Below are positions 1 to 12,552 of a stretch of DNA of 64,000 nt, piece after piece (within the stretch, counting starts at the first letter, position 1; each line of letters opens with the position of its first letter). The notes below the pieces were generated by a model. It was given only the letters and a program-made list of their open reading frames with translations. It did no database searches and was not told the DNA's origin. The stretch is from Haliotis rubra (taxonomy: Eukaryota), in contig NW_025767002.1 of assembly GCF_003918875.1 (NCBI RefSeq), positions 372,001 to 436,000 of the forward strand, given 5' to 3'. Position numbers and translations under genes: made by a program.

Positions 1-3000
1 ATATAATTAGCCATAGAGTCCTTATATAACCATAGAGTATATAATTAGCCATAGAGTCCTTATATAACCATAGAGTATATAATTAGCCATAGAGTCCTTA
101 TATAACCATAGAGTATATAATTAGCCATAGAGTCCTTATATAACCATAGAGTATATAATTAGCCATAGAGTCCTTATATAGCCATAGAGTATATAATTAG
201 CCATAGAGTCCTTATATAGCCATAGAGTCCATACATAGCCATAGAGTGCTTATGTAGCCATAAAGTCCATACATAGCCATAGAGTCCACACATAGCCATA
301 GAGTGCTTATGTAGCCATAGAGTCCATACATAGCCAGAGAGTGCTTATGTAGCCATAGAGTCCACACACAGCCATAGAGTGCTTATGTAGCCATAGAGTC
401 CTGGCCATACATAGCCATAGAGTGCTTATGTAGCCATAGAGTCCATACATAGCCAGAGAGTGCTTATGTAGCCATAGAGTCCATACATAGCCATAGAGTG
501 CTTATGTAGCCATAGAGTCCATACATAGCCATAGAGTGCTTGTGTAGCCATAGAGTCCATACATAGCCATAGAGTGCTTATGTAGCCATAGAGTCCATAC
601 ATAGCCATAGAGTGCTTGTGTAGCCATAGAGTCCATACATAGCCATAGAGTGCTTATGTAGCCATCCTGTCCATACATAGCCATAGAGTGCTTATGTAGC
701 CATAGAGTCCACATAGCCATTCCATGCCATAGAGTGTTATCTAGCCATAGACTCCATACATAGCCATAGAGAGTGCTTATGTAGCCATAGAGTCCATACA
801 TAGCCATAGAGTGCACATAGCCATAGAGTCCACACATAGCCATAGAGATCTTAGAGTCCATAGAGTCATACATAGCCATAGAGTCCACATAGCCATAGAG
901 TGCTTATGTAGCCATAGAGTCCACACATAGCCATAGAGTGCTTATGTAGCCATAGAGTCCACACATAGCCATAGAGTGCTTATGTAGCCATAGACACATA
1001 GCCATAGAGTCCACACATAGCCATAGAGTCCACACATAGCCATAGAGTCCACACATAGCCATAGAGTCCACACATAGCCATAGAGTCCACACATAGCCAT
1101 AGAGTCCACATGTAGCCATAGAGTCCACACATAGCCATAGTCCATACATAACCATAGAGTCCACACACATAGCCATAGCCAGTCCTTACATAGCCATAGA
1201 GTCCATACATAGCCATAGAGTGCACACATAGCCATAGAGTCCATACATAGCCATAGAGTCCACACATAGCCATAGAGTCCACACATAGCCATAGAGTCCA
1301 CACACATAGAGTCCATACATAGCCATAGTCCACACATAGCCATAGAGTCCACACATAGCCATAGAGTCCATACATAGCCATAGAGTCCACACATAGCCAT
1401 AGAGTCCACACATAGCCATAGAGTCCACACATAGCCATAGAGTCCACACATAGCCATAGAGTCCACACATAGCCATAGAGTCCACACATAGCCATAGAGT
1501 CCACACATAGCCATAGAGTCCACACATAGCCATAGAGTCCACACATAGCCATAGAGTGCTTATGAGTCCACATATGGGAGTCCACACATAGCCATAGAGT
1601 CCACACATAGCCATAGAGTCCACACATAGCCATAGAGTCCATACATAGCCATAGAGTCCACTTAACATAGCCATAGAGTCCACACATAGCCATAGAGTCC
1701 ACACATAGCCATAACCATAGTCCACACATAGCCATAGAGTCCATATGTCATAGCCATAGAGTCCATACATAGCCATAGAGTGCTTGTGTAGCCATCCTGT
1801 CCACACATAGCCATAGAGTCCATACATAGCCATAGAGTCCACACATAGCCATAGAGTCCACACATAGCCATAGAGTCCACACATAGCCATAGAGTCCACA
1901 CATAGCCATAGAGTCCACACATAGCCATAGAGTCCACACATAACCATAGAGTCCATACATAACCATATAGAGTCCACATATATGCCATAGCCATGCTAGC
2001 CATAGAGTCCACACATAGCCATAGAGTCCTTATGTAGCCATAGAGTCCACACATAACATATAGCCATAGAGTCCACACATAGCCATAGAGTCCACACATA
2101 GCCATAGAGTCCACATGTAGCCATAGAGTCCATACATAGTCCATACATAGCCATGAAGTCTACACATAGAGTCCTTATCCACACATAGCCATAGAGTCCA
2201 CACATCCATACATAGCCATAGAGTGCTTATGTAGCCATAGAGTCCACACATAGCCATAGAGTCCACACATAGCCATAGAGTCCACACATAGCCATAGTCC
2301 ACACATAGCCACCATAGAGTCCATAGAGTCCACACATAGCCATAGAGTCCACACATAGAGTCCATACATAGCCATAGAGTGCCACACATGTAGCCATAGA
2401 GTCCACACATAGCCATAGAGTCCACACATAACCATAGAGTCCATAATGGAGTCCACAGAGTCCACACATAGCCATAGAGTCCAGTCCACACATAACCATA
2501 GAGTCCACACATAGCCATAGAGTCCACATATAGTCCACCATAGAGTCCACACATAGAGTCCATAGAGTCCACACATAGCCATAGAGTCCACACATAACCA
2601 TATAGAGTCCACACATGTAGCCATAGAGTCCACACATAGCCATAGAGTCCACACCATAGAGTCCACACATAGCCATAGAGTCCATACATAGCCATAGTCC
2701 ACACATAGCCATAGAGTACACATAGCCATAGAGTCCACACATAGAGTCCACACATAGCCATAGAGTCCACACATAACCATAGAGTCCACACATAGCCATA
2801 GAGTCCACACATAGCCATAGAGTCCACACATAGCCATAGAGTCCACACATAACCATAGAGTCCACACATAGCCATAGAGTCCACACATAGCCATAGAGTC
2901 CACACATAGCCATAGAGTCCACACATAGCCATAGAGTCCACACATAGCCATAGAGTCCACACATAGCCATAGAGTCCACACATAGCCATAGAGTCCACAC

Positions 3001-3740
3001 ATAGCCATAGAGTCCACACATAGCCATAGAGTCCACACATAGCCATAGAGTCCACACATAGCCATAGAGTCCACACATAGCCATAGAGTCCACACATAGC
3101 CATAGAGTCCACATAGCCATAGAGTCCACACATAGTCAGTCCACACATAGTCCACCATAGCCATAGAGTCCACACATAACCATAGAGTCCATAGCCATAG
3201 AGTCCACATAGCCATAGAGTCCACACATAGCCATAGAGTCCACACATAGCCATAGAGTCCACACATAGCCATAGAGTCCACACATAGCCATAGAGTCCAC
3301 ACATAGCCATAGAGTCCACACATAGCCATAGAGTCCACACATAGCCATAGAGTCCACACATAGCCATAGAGTCCATAGCACATAGCCATAGAGAGTCCAC
3401 ACATAGCCATAGTCCACACATAGCCATAGAGTCCACACATAGCCATAGAGTCCACACATAGCCATAGAGTCCACACATAGCCATAGTCCACACATAACCA
3501 TAGAGTCCACACATAGCCATAGAGTCCACACATAACCATAGAGTCCACACATAGCCATAGAGTCCACACATATAGCCATAGAGTGCTTATGTAGCCATAG
3601 AGTCAATATGTAACCATAGAATCCACACATATTGTCCATAGTTAGCCATATAAATATCAGTAGAGTTTATAGATAGCCATACAGTCCATACTTAGCTGTA
3701 TAATCTATACAAAGCCAGAAATATATGCATAGCCATGTGT
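1..3740. repeat. 19-bp minisatellite (AGCCATAGAGTCCACACAT) with 38-bp dimeric variants
   Basis: Directly visible tandem array with variant units AGCCATAGAGTGCTTATGT and ...TCCATACAT. It degenerates at 3570-3740. Confidence 0.97.
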
Positions 3741-3858
3741 CACACTTGTGTGTAGAGCCATACATGTTGCATGTGTTAATGGCAAGGGGACACAAGCATT
3801 CCTACATGTAATTTTCCAGTTTTCCATATGATCATTTCATTCTTATCTCCCCTTTCAG

Positions 3859-4042
3859 CAAGGTCAAGGTGCTGTTCAAGTTCACTAAAGCAGGAGGCAG
3901 TCGGTCGAAGGAAGACACCGAGAAATTGTTTAAAGTGGTTAACGCACAGGAGGAAGACAAGCAACTGCTCAAGTTCTGGATGACAGGCCTCAGTGTACAG
4001 TATCGGACCCACATTCTAGCATCTTCCAAGAATCAACACTGA
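3859..4042 (+). CDS. probable terminal coding exon of an unidentified gene (upstream exons outside the window)
   Basis: Polypyrimidine acceptor TTCTTATCTCCCCTTTCAG ends at 3858. The open frame reads KVKVLFKFTKAGGSRSKEDTEKLFKVVNAQEEDKQLLKFWMTGLSVQYRTHILASSKNQH to TGA at 4040-4042. Protein not recognised. Confidence 0.55.
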
Positions 4043-5070
4043 AAGTGGTACACAGTTGTTCCTACCAAAGAGGCCTCAGTGTACAGTATCGGACCCACAT
4101 TCTAGCATCCTCCAAGAATCAACACTGAAAGTGGTACACAATCGTTCCTACCAAAGAGGCCTCAGTGTACAGTATCGGACCCACATTCTAGCATCCTCCA
4201 AGAGTCAACACTGAAAGTGGTACACAGTCGTTCCTACCAAAGAGGCCTCAGTGTACAGTATTTGACCCACATTCTAGCATCCTCCAAGAGTCAACACTGA
4301 AAGTGGTACACAGTCGTTCCTACCAAAGAGGCCTCAGTGTACAGTATTTGACCCACATTCTAGCATCCTCAAGAGTCAACACTGAAAGTGGTACACAGTC
4401 GTTCCTACCAAAGATGCCTCAGTGTCCAGTATCGGATCCACATTCTAGCATCCTCCAAGAGTCAACACTGAAAGTGGTACACAGTCGTTCCTACCAAAGA
4501 GGCCTCAGTGTACAGTATCGGACCCACATTCTAGCATCCTCCAAGAGTCAACACTGAAAGTGGTACACAGTCATTCCTACCAAAGAGGCCTCAGTGTACA
4601 GTATCGGACCCACATTCTAGCATCCTCCAAGAGTCAACACTGAAAGTGGTACACAGTCGTTCCTACCAAAGAGGCCTCAGTGTACAGTATTTGACCCACA
4701 TTCTAGCATCCTCCAAGAGTCAACACTGAAAGTGGTACACAGTCGTTCCTACCAAAGAGGCCTCAGTGTACAGTATTTGACCCACATTCTAGCATCCTCC
4801 AAGAGTCAACACTGAAAGTGGTACACAGTCGTTCCTACCAAAGAGGCCTCAGTGTACAGTATCGGACCCACATTCTAGCATCCTCCAAGAGTCAACACTG
4901 AAAGTGGTACACAGTCGTTCCTACCAAAGAGGCCTCAGTGTACAGTATCGGACCCACATTCTAGCATCCTCCAAGAGTCAACACTGAAAGTGGTACACAG
5001 TCATTCCTACCAAAGAGGCCTCAGTGTACAGACCAGACAGACTGGCTTCCTCCAAGAGTCAACACTGAAA
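3985..5070. repeat. 86-bp tandem repeat, about 12 near-identical units
   Basis: AGGCCTCAGTGTACAG recurs at 3985, 4071, 4157 ... 5016. Confidence 0.97.
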
Positions 5071-6227
5071 TGTCATAAAATATTGTCTCTACCACTGAGA
5101 CATCAATGTGAACCACGAGAACCTCACATTTACATCCTTCAAGAGAATAAACTGATGTGTGATGCAACTTTGTTTTTACCATCGAATCCTAAGTGGTAAA
5201 ATATTAGACTCACCTACTGATATCCTCAAAGAGTCGACACTACTTTGTGATTAAGTAACGTCTGAACCCATTGAGACAGAGTACCTTTCCAAGAACCTCA
5301 CACTGACGTCCTCCAAGAGTAAACCCTGAAACCAGTTGATACGAATATATCCACCTTGGATGCACGCTTTATTGTGCAGGATCAGAGAATACATCGACAT
5401 CTGACTGAAGGAGTATTGTTGGGTGAACCTGTAGTTAATGATTTTACCTGTCACACTTGTTACGGTTAAAAATTTGCTGTGACTAAAAGTTCCAGTGCAG
5501 GAAGAATGTATATTGTTTGAATCCTATGTGCTATGCTCACTGCCATATGACTGGAATGGTACTTGAAACAGCATCCACTCACTTTGAAAAGCATAAACTC
5601 CCGCAAACCAAGGTCATTACTGAAATGCACGCAAAGTATTTTCAATCTTGCTGAATCGGAGATTTAGGTCACGACTGGCCTGTACATTAAAATTCCCAGT
5701 TCATCTTCCAAATCATGCTCAATTCAAGCTTGCATAATAGGATAATCACACCGGAATTTACATAACCGCTGCATTTAACCCGGTGTACAGATCTGTACTA
5801 TATCCTGTCACTGTACAGTCAACAGCGGATTGACAGTCTCGTGTCAGATCTCAGTCACCTCATTCAAGAGGACACAGATGGAAAGGGGTCACAGGCTGCC
5901 CAGTTACCTAAGTCACTACAGATCTATGCAGAGTTGTGTCCCTTAGACATGACAGGAAACTGTGATCAAGGTTTGAATCCCAGGTCTAGCCTGATTATGT
6001 TTTGGCAGCACAATACCTGGGCTCCTGGGTTCAAGAGAACTATATCCAGTTTGGTACCCACCTTGCCTTTGTTTTGTTTGGTCGAGATCTGTATTCTGGT
6101 TGTTGTTATAATCGTCTTTCCTATAAATGTACCTGTGATTTTGTTGGATATGTTGTAAATATTGTTTGCTATATAGAATAATAAAATGTTACAAGATATG
6201 TTGTAGTTCGTCATTGCCACAGGATTT

Positions 6228-6485
6228 GTGAAGATCCGGGGTAGAATAGGTCTTCAGCAACCCATGCTTGCCACAAAAGGCGACTATGCTTGTGGTAAGA
6301 GGCGACCAAGGTGATCGGGTGGTCAGGCTCGCTGACTTGGTTGACACATGTCATCGGTTCCCAATTACGCAGATCGATGCTCATGCTGTTGATCACTGGA
6401 TTGTCTGGTCCAGACTTGATTATTTACAGACTGCCGCCATATAGCTGGAAGAGTGCCGCGTAAAACAAAACTCACTCACTCACTC
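6228..6485 (+). mobile_element. SINE-like family B (non-tRNA head, ACTC tail)
   Basis: GTGAAGATCCGG head, GTAAGAGGCGAC motif and (ACTC)n tail. Many other copies in the window. Confidence 0.8.
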
Positions 6486-6492
6486 TTTGCCA

Positions 6493-6853
6493 GACCGCCT
6501 CCGTGGTGTACTGGTTAGAGCGTCGGACCGGAGAGCGGAAGGTCGCGGATTCGATCCCGACCGCGTCATACCAAAAGGCGTTCAAATATGGTACTTGTTG
6601 GTCCCTGCCTGGCGCTCGGCATTAATGGGTACAACAAGGACTGGTCGGCTAGGAGTCAGTATAATGTGTCTGAGTGGGGTATTGATGCTTCACTGCGGCA
6701 TGGTATCTCAGTGGGCTAGCACTATAAAACCAGCTTAACGGTAAGTCTGTGCTAGTACAAGCAGCTGCACATACACATACTCACGCATGCATGTCGTCAT
6801 ATGAGCGAAATATTCTCAAGCACGACGTTAAACCCAATTTCACCTCACCTCAC
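6493..6853 (+). mobile_element. tRNA-derived SINE family C (Meta/MESC-like central domain) inserted at the tail of a family B element
   Basis: A/B-box head, GTCATACCAAAAG..ATGGTAC..CCCTGCCTGGCGCTCGGCAT core and (CACCT)n tail. TSD CACTCTTTGCCA. The domain name is from recollection. Confidence 0.85.
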
Positions 6854-7283
6854 TCTTTGCCACAGACATGTATGCGTGATCACTGTGTCCATATACTGAC
6901 ACACATTCACTAAAGGGGACCAAAGCCTTCAACAAACTCGCCTTCAAAACATTAGGAGAAATCCAGTAGGAGGTAACCACAGGCAGTATCAACGTGATGA
7001 TGAAGCCTGAATTTAGTCATTTGATTTTGGTGAAAGAAATTGTCTTAGAAAATATCCCCTTTTGGGTGGGGAGGGAAATACTCTCTCGGGTTTTGCAAAA
7101 AAAAAAAAAGGTTGACAGATTGCTCACTGGATGACACTGAATATTGGTGAATCCATTGTGGGTTGATCTGTGATACACACCAAGAAACGTTCTAATCTGA
7201 GTTTGTAGCTGTGTAAGATGGCTATTATTTACTCACCTAAAGTCAATTGAGCTTATATTGTGTTAGTGCTAACCCAAGGTTGT

Positions 7284-7441
7284 CTGTTGTTTAACGCCTC
7301 ACTCAGTAATATTCCAGCTATATGAGAGCGGCCTGTAAATAATCGAGTCTGAGACGGACAATCCAGTGATTAACATCATGAGCATATATCAAGGCAAATG
7401 GGATACGATGATATGTATCAACTAAGTCAGCAAGCCTGACA
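7284..7441 (-). mobile_element. SINE family B, 3' portion
   Basis: Similar to 6330-6485, reverse strand. Confidence 0.7.
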
Positions 7442-7908
7442 CGTCGCAGCAAACACGGGTTGCTGAAGAACAGTGTAACAGTGATATTCGCAGGTTACAA
7501 CGCCCGAAGATACATAAGCTGAAACTTGGGAGTCTCTTAAAACAATCACAGAATTATAAAACACCCATGGTACCATATATGGTGAGCGGAATAATGCATG
7601 TTCCAGTTTGATGAAACTTGCTGACTGCGGCATTTACAACATACACTGACTTGCACTTGATGGTCTGCATCGCTGAAACCTGTCCTGTTCTCACAATGTT
7701 CCACGTGTGATCAATATGCTGCGTAAGGTGTGTGAAACATAACAGACTGCTAGGAGGTTCATTAGATAGTATAAAACGACCAATACTTAGACACACGTCT
7801 ATTAAATAAACACCCATTTTCTGGACCGGTAAGTGATGATTTTCGCCAAATACCAACGACTTTTTCACCACCACCCTAACCATTGGACTTCAATATTTAT
7901 GTGCAACT

Positions 7909-8390
7909 TTTGTACCGCTTTCAGCAATATTCCAGCAATATCACGACAGACACCAGAAATGGGCTTCACACATTGTACCCATGTAGGGCATCAAACCCGG
8001 ATCTTCAGCGAGACGAGCGGACGATTTAACCATTAGGCAATCCCATCGCCCCTGCGCCATACCAAACGTGCCTCGGTATAGCTACAGTACTAAAATAACA
8101 GCCCACGAAAGGAATGTCGACCATTGTCCTTATGGTAAAGTTGATGGAACGCATGGTCGTTTAATATGGCTGGAATATTGCTGAGTGCGGCGTAAAACTA
8201 AACTCACTCACTCATGGTCGTTTAATGTGAATAGTGAGTGAGTTTAATGTTACGCCGCTTTTAGCAATATCCCAGCAATGTGACGGCAGGGGACACCAGA
8301 AATAGCTTCACATTTTACCCATGTGGAGAACTGAACCCGGGTCTTCGGTTTGACGAGCGAACGCTTTAACCACTAGGCTACCCCACCCCA
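7909..8390 (-). mobile_element. two tRNA-derived SINE family A copies (7909-8052, 8234-8390) flanking a tail-only insertion (8166-8213, +)
   Basis: Both match the family A consensus. The tail-only insertion has TSD CATGGTCGTTTAAT. Confidence 0.75.
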
Positions 8391-8505
8391 TCAATTGAAT
8401 AGAACTCTTGCAATCACTCAAAGTCGAAACTTGTAAATAAATAACAAAGCCATTGTTTTTAACTACAGCAGATGTTATTTCCATCATACAAAGAGTCGAA
8501 TTATA

Positions 8506-9078
8506 TTAAGATTTGTTTCCCCTGAACAATTTGGTAAAACGACGAAAGAATGATTTTGACTCTTGCACATTTTGTTTCTGATTACATTTTTCGACCATAC
8601 CGACAGTACAGAATGAGATTACTTTGAGAGAGTTCACGATGTCTTGTTGACTTATTGTCTTGTTTAGGAGACACAGTGTGGTCAAAGCACGAGCTCTGTG
8701 TAGCCCCTGACATCTGAACAAGTCCAACGCCCTCTCCAGCTCCAGAATGTACACACAGTCTTTCAGTTCTCAACATGTCCACCTCCTTCAACAAGCGGTC
8801 CACCTGCTCCCCGAGGGACACTTTCTCATCCGACAGTTGTCTGATTTGTGTCTTGAAATGTTGGTTCTCCATTTTCAGACATCTTGAACGGAATCGAGCA
8901 TCTCGTAGGTCAGCCCGGAGAGTGTCCACCTCGGCCAGGACAGCCGTCAGCTGCGCGTGGAGCTCGTGCTCTTTGACATGTTGTTGGTCCTCTTGACAAC
9001 AGTCCCATTGGAATGGAGGCTGGGGCCGAATAGGTCTTGGTTTTATCGTGACGTGTTTGGGAACCATATCGTGGAACT
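8506..9078 (-). pseudogene. family copy A exon 3, with a 2-bp deletion near 8615 that frameshifts the C-terminus
   Basis: Acceptor TTTTCAG. Length is 573 nt versus 575 in copy I. The frame now stops at 8582, and the normal tail KSFFRRFTKLFRGNKS is out of frame. Confidence 0.75.
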
Positions 9079-9275
9079 CTGAAAACATAATTCGAATTAA
9101 GTACATAATCAATCCAAACGTAAGTCGTAAAAATTGGGACAAACACATCTACTGTGACTAAAAAAACCAAAATGAACAACAAAAAATCGAAAAGAAATAT
9201 AACAGTTGATACAGAAACCATTTTGGAAATGAAGTTGCTGGGATAGGAAATTAAACATGTTCACGAAACACACAC

Positions 9276-9404
9276 CTTTCAGTTCCTTGTGTTCGAAACA
9301 CTCCGCCACCTTGAAATGAAACCCCTCACACTCGGACATGGGCAGACGTCCGGCGACTGGTTTTGGTTTTATTGTGACGTGTTTGGGAACCGCATCATGA
9401 ATCT
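9276..9404 (-). CDS. family copy A exon 2 (129 nt, phase 1-1)
   Basis: AG/GT bounded; IHDAVPKHVTIKPKPVAGRLPMSECEGFHFKVAECFEHKELK. Confidence 0.7.
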
Positions 9405-9654
9405 CTGAAATAACAGAATTTGGTAAAGATTAAATAAATGACAAATGGAAAGCAAATATCGCATATTCATCATTCCTATGAGTGAGTGAGTTTAGTTTTA
9501 TGCCACCTTTAGCAATATTCCAGCAATCTTCCCTATGATATGCAGGAAGTAGTAGAAATAGATTGTCAGACCCTTTTCAGCTGAAACAAACGAAGTTATA
9601 GGGATGAACTTTGTTATATATATAAGTATATTATTACATATACAGAACGCTTAC

Positions 9655-9742
9655 CTGTCGGTTCTGTAAGTGCAAAACACTCCGCCACCTCGGGATCAAA
9701 CCCCTCACACTCGGACACGGTCAGACGTTTGGTGACTGGCAT
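9655..9742 (-). CDS. family copy A exon 1 (88 nt)
   Basis: ATG at 9742; MPVTKRLTVSECEGFDPEVAECFALTEPT; donor GTAAGC. Confidence 0.7.
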
Positions 9743-9821
9743 AATCTTGAGATAATCTCGATAAATGAAGAGCGTACTGCAGAGCTGCTGTAGCTGGCTG
9801 AGACAATGTCAGATAATGGCG

Positions 9822-9850
9822 TGACGTCACAATATCAACTAATGATGTCA
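9822..9850 (-). promoter_or_regulatory. CRE dyad upstream of copy A
   Basis: TGACGTCA at 9822-9829 and TGATGTCA at 9843-9850. Position is conserved in the paralogs. Confidence 0.45.
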
Positions 9851-11196
9851 TAGCGATCTCCAGTCGGTAGTTTCCGTTTGGATTATCCATCTTCGACATA
9901 TTTCGCCCTGATCGTGTTCCGATTGTGACATGTCAGCTTTAACATACAATGCTCACTAGATGCTCCTTTATCTTCCGCAAGATGATGATACTTTTTTCTG
10001 AACCATCATTATATCATGAACAAATAACAAAAATTAAATGAATGAATAGGAGAAATTTCCATGTGGTTTTTTTCGAATGACTTTGTTTTCTGGAAGGGAT
10101 TATTTGAACTGTGTGCAATGTGATATTGTCATCAGTGAATTGGCATTTCCCATTTCTGTTCCGATTGCGACATATAAGCCTTAACATATATAAAATGATC
10201 ATAAAATGATTTTTGTTCTGTGGTATAATGTTGTTACTTCTCCTAAAATATCATATTTTAGCACATACCTATTGATTATTCATGACATTACCCTAAAACC
10301 TGTAAAAGGAACTTAATGCAATGTAAACTGTAATTTTGATATCTCTCCAGAATTACAGTGATTTACAAATTTGAACTTTATAAGCTTTTTCAACCAACAA
10401 CTTGAAAAGTATTTTGTTCAACCATACCTTGAACACATTTGAATGGATTGTTTTCAATTTTGGGGATCACCCTCCATATCTATAGGAGAGATGCATTGTA
10501 TTTTGTAATTTTAATTTATATAATGTTTAAGTTGCATCTCTTGAACTCAAAGTCAAAGTTGTTGATATTAACAATTATCTAATGGATTATTTTCAGATTT
10601 GAGTAATGGATTCTTTGTTTATAGGAAAGGTGCTGTACAACGTTTGATACAGATCTACTATGTGACCATTTTTTATTTATTGTTGTACAGCTGAAGTTGG
10701 GAGTCGGGGGTAATAGTGAGCGGTGCTCGCGTTTCTCTGGCCTGTTTGAATTGTGAGCTATGTGATCGGTGGTTTGTCCTTTTCTCAATTGTTCTTTTAT
10801 CTCTAAATATATGCTTGCTCAGAAATGCCTGATTGGAATGTTTATAAAATTAATAGGTAAAAAGCCCCTTCTGTGTTACAGGTAAAGTGAATGAGTGAGC
10901 TGGGTGAAGGCCGCCCTGAATAATGTTTCAGTTAAGTTGCGAGTGCCAAACGTTTGATAAAAGTTATGCAATATGAAAGTTCAGTATCTCTTCTAGCTTC
11001 TGGCTTCCATAGACGACATTGATGCATGGAAACATGCATAGCCTTCCTAATCAGTCGTCCATGTCTTGAAAGGTGAAATTTGTATGGAAATTTGTTTCTT
11101 TAACATTCTAACCGTCTTTCTTAATAAATTATATTTTACGACAATAATATATGGAAGTTAATGTTAATTATGAGGAATGTCCTCTAAAGCCATAAG

Positions 11197-11364
11197 GGGG
11201 CGGTGGGGTAGCCTAATGGTTAAAGCGTTGGCTCGTCACGCCGAAGACCCGGGTTCGAATCCCCACATGGGTACAATGTGTGAAGCCCATTTCTGGTGTC
11301 CCCAGCCGTGATGTTGCTGGAATATTGCTAAAAGCGGCGTAAAACTAAACTCAGTCAGTCAGTC
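11197..11364 (+). mobile_element. tRNA-derived SINE family A, full length
   Basis: A box TAGCCTAATGG, B box GGTTCGAATCC, (AGTC)n tail and TSD TAAAGCCATAAG. Confidence 0.9.
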
Positions 11365-12019
11365 TAAAGCCATAAGAAGAGATAGGGCGGCTTTATGTAA
11401 TGGGTCAGTCTATTTATGATTGATACACACTAAAGGCGCCTTCCGGGGAAGAAAATAACTTTTGTCAAATTTCGATTGATTGATTGGTTTGTTGTTTAAC
11501 GCCACACTCAGCAATGTTCCAGGTATATAGTGGCGGTCTTTTTCTCAGTTCTTCTTTATCTGTAAATGCCAGATTCAAATGTTGAGAAAATTAATAGGTA
11601 GAAAACACCCTTCTGTGTCACAGGTGAAGTGTGAGTTGGGTGACGGCCGCCCTGAATAATGTTTCAGTTAAGTAGCAGGATGTCGGAGAAACGTTTGATA
11701 AAGGTTATGTAATATGAAAGTTAAGAAGCTCTTCTAACTTCTAACTTTCATACATGCGTGCTCCATACACGTACACAGAATACCCTGGTAATTTTGGTCA
11801 GAAAATGTTGGAGTCAAGCCTGTAGGAAGGACTTTTTACATGCAAACCTTAGGCGATGAATATTTTACAACCCCTTGACGGCAATCACAGTACGATAAAG
11901 TTACAATATTTCGGCTTTATCATGGTGTACCAGCTGAAGATAAAAGATGAACGAGAATCATTACGCAGTGGAAATTTTAGTGGTGTGGAGCTCCGTTATG
12001 GTGTTGCAAACACGAATTG

Positions 12020-12552
12020 GAAGGCATGATAAAGATTCCTCAGATATATACTCTTCAAATAAAGAAATACAAAGTCAAATTGATAATGGAGTTTCTTGAT
12101 AATTTCGTCTCCTCCGGCGTCTTCATGAGTCAACTCTCCTGGAAAGAAGATCGTAAAAGACTCTGTCATGGAATACGAGAAGTCCTCATGGAACCAACGA
12201 ATGACATCAGATCCAGATCTCAGACACTTCAGGACATTACACCCCTCCATAGAGCCACACCCAGCTTGGCTACTTGCCAAAAGATACCCCTTCTTGAAAC
12301 AACAATGCCTCTTCATAGTGCAGATGTGTGTTCTCTGGCGTCCTTGCCGTGTGTATGGACCTTGTGATAAATGTAGTGTGAACTGTGCAGACCTCCTGAT
12401 CCATGTCCTAACATCGCGTGAAGCTTGTGCTGGCTGCAGAGACCAACTCTGGTGTGACATTATCAACGAGTGCCCAGTGGAGTTGAGCGTGGAACTACAC
12501 AACAGGACTGATATGGACCTGGTGTGCAGCCTGCTGCCCTGCCGTCCCCCAG
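12020..12552 (+). mobile_element. degraded LINE ORF2 3' end with Cys/His knuckle; continues at 13051-13128
   Basis: Frameshifted SGVFMSQLSWK/KIVKDSVMEYEKSSW...CDKC..DLLIHVLTS..RDQLWCDIIN, typical of non-LTR ORF2 C-termini. Confidence 0.65.

Noticed and set aside
426-3639. Long minus-strand ORFs (up to 513 aa)
   Set aside because: Artefact of a stop-free 19-bp repeat read in all three frames.
3985-5070. CRISPR-like array
   Set aside because: Units are fully repeated with no unique spacers, there are no cas genes, and the context is eukaryotic.
9705-9899. Upstream overlapping ORF MSKMDNPNG... (also 27442-27630, 47734-47934)
   Set aside because: In-frame TAA in copies C and G, no ATG equivalent in I, and it overlaps the likely promoter. 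Its conservation is explained by recent duplication.
11197-11270. tRNA genes
   Set aside because: These are SINE heads with A/B boxes, followed by SINE body, tail and TSDs.
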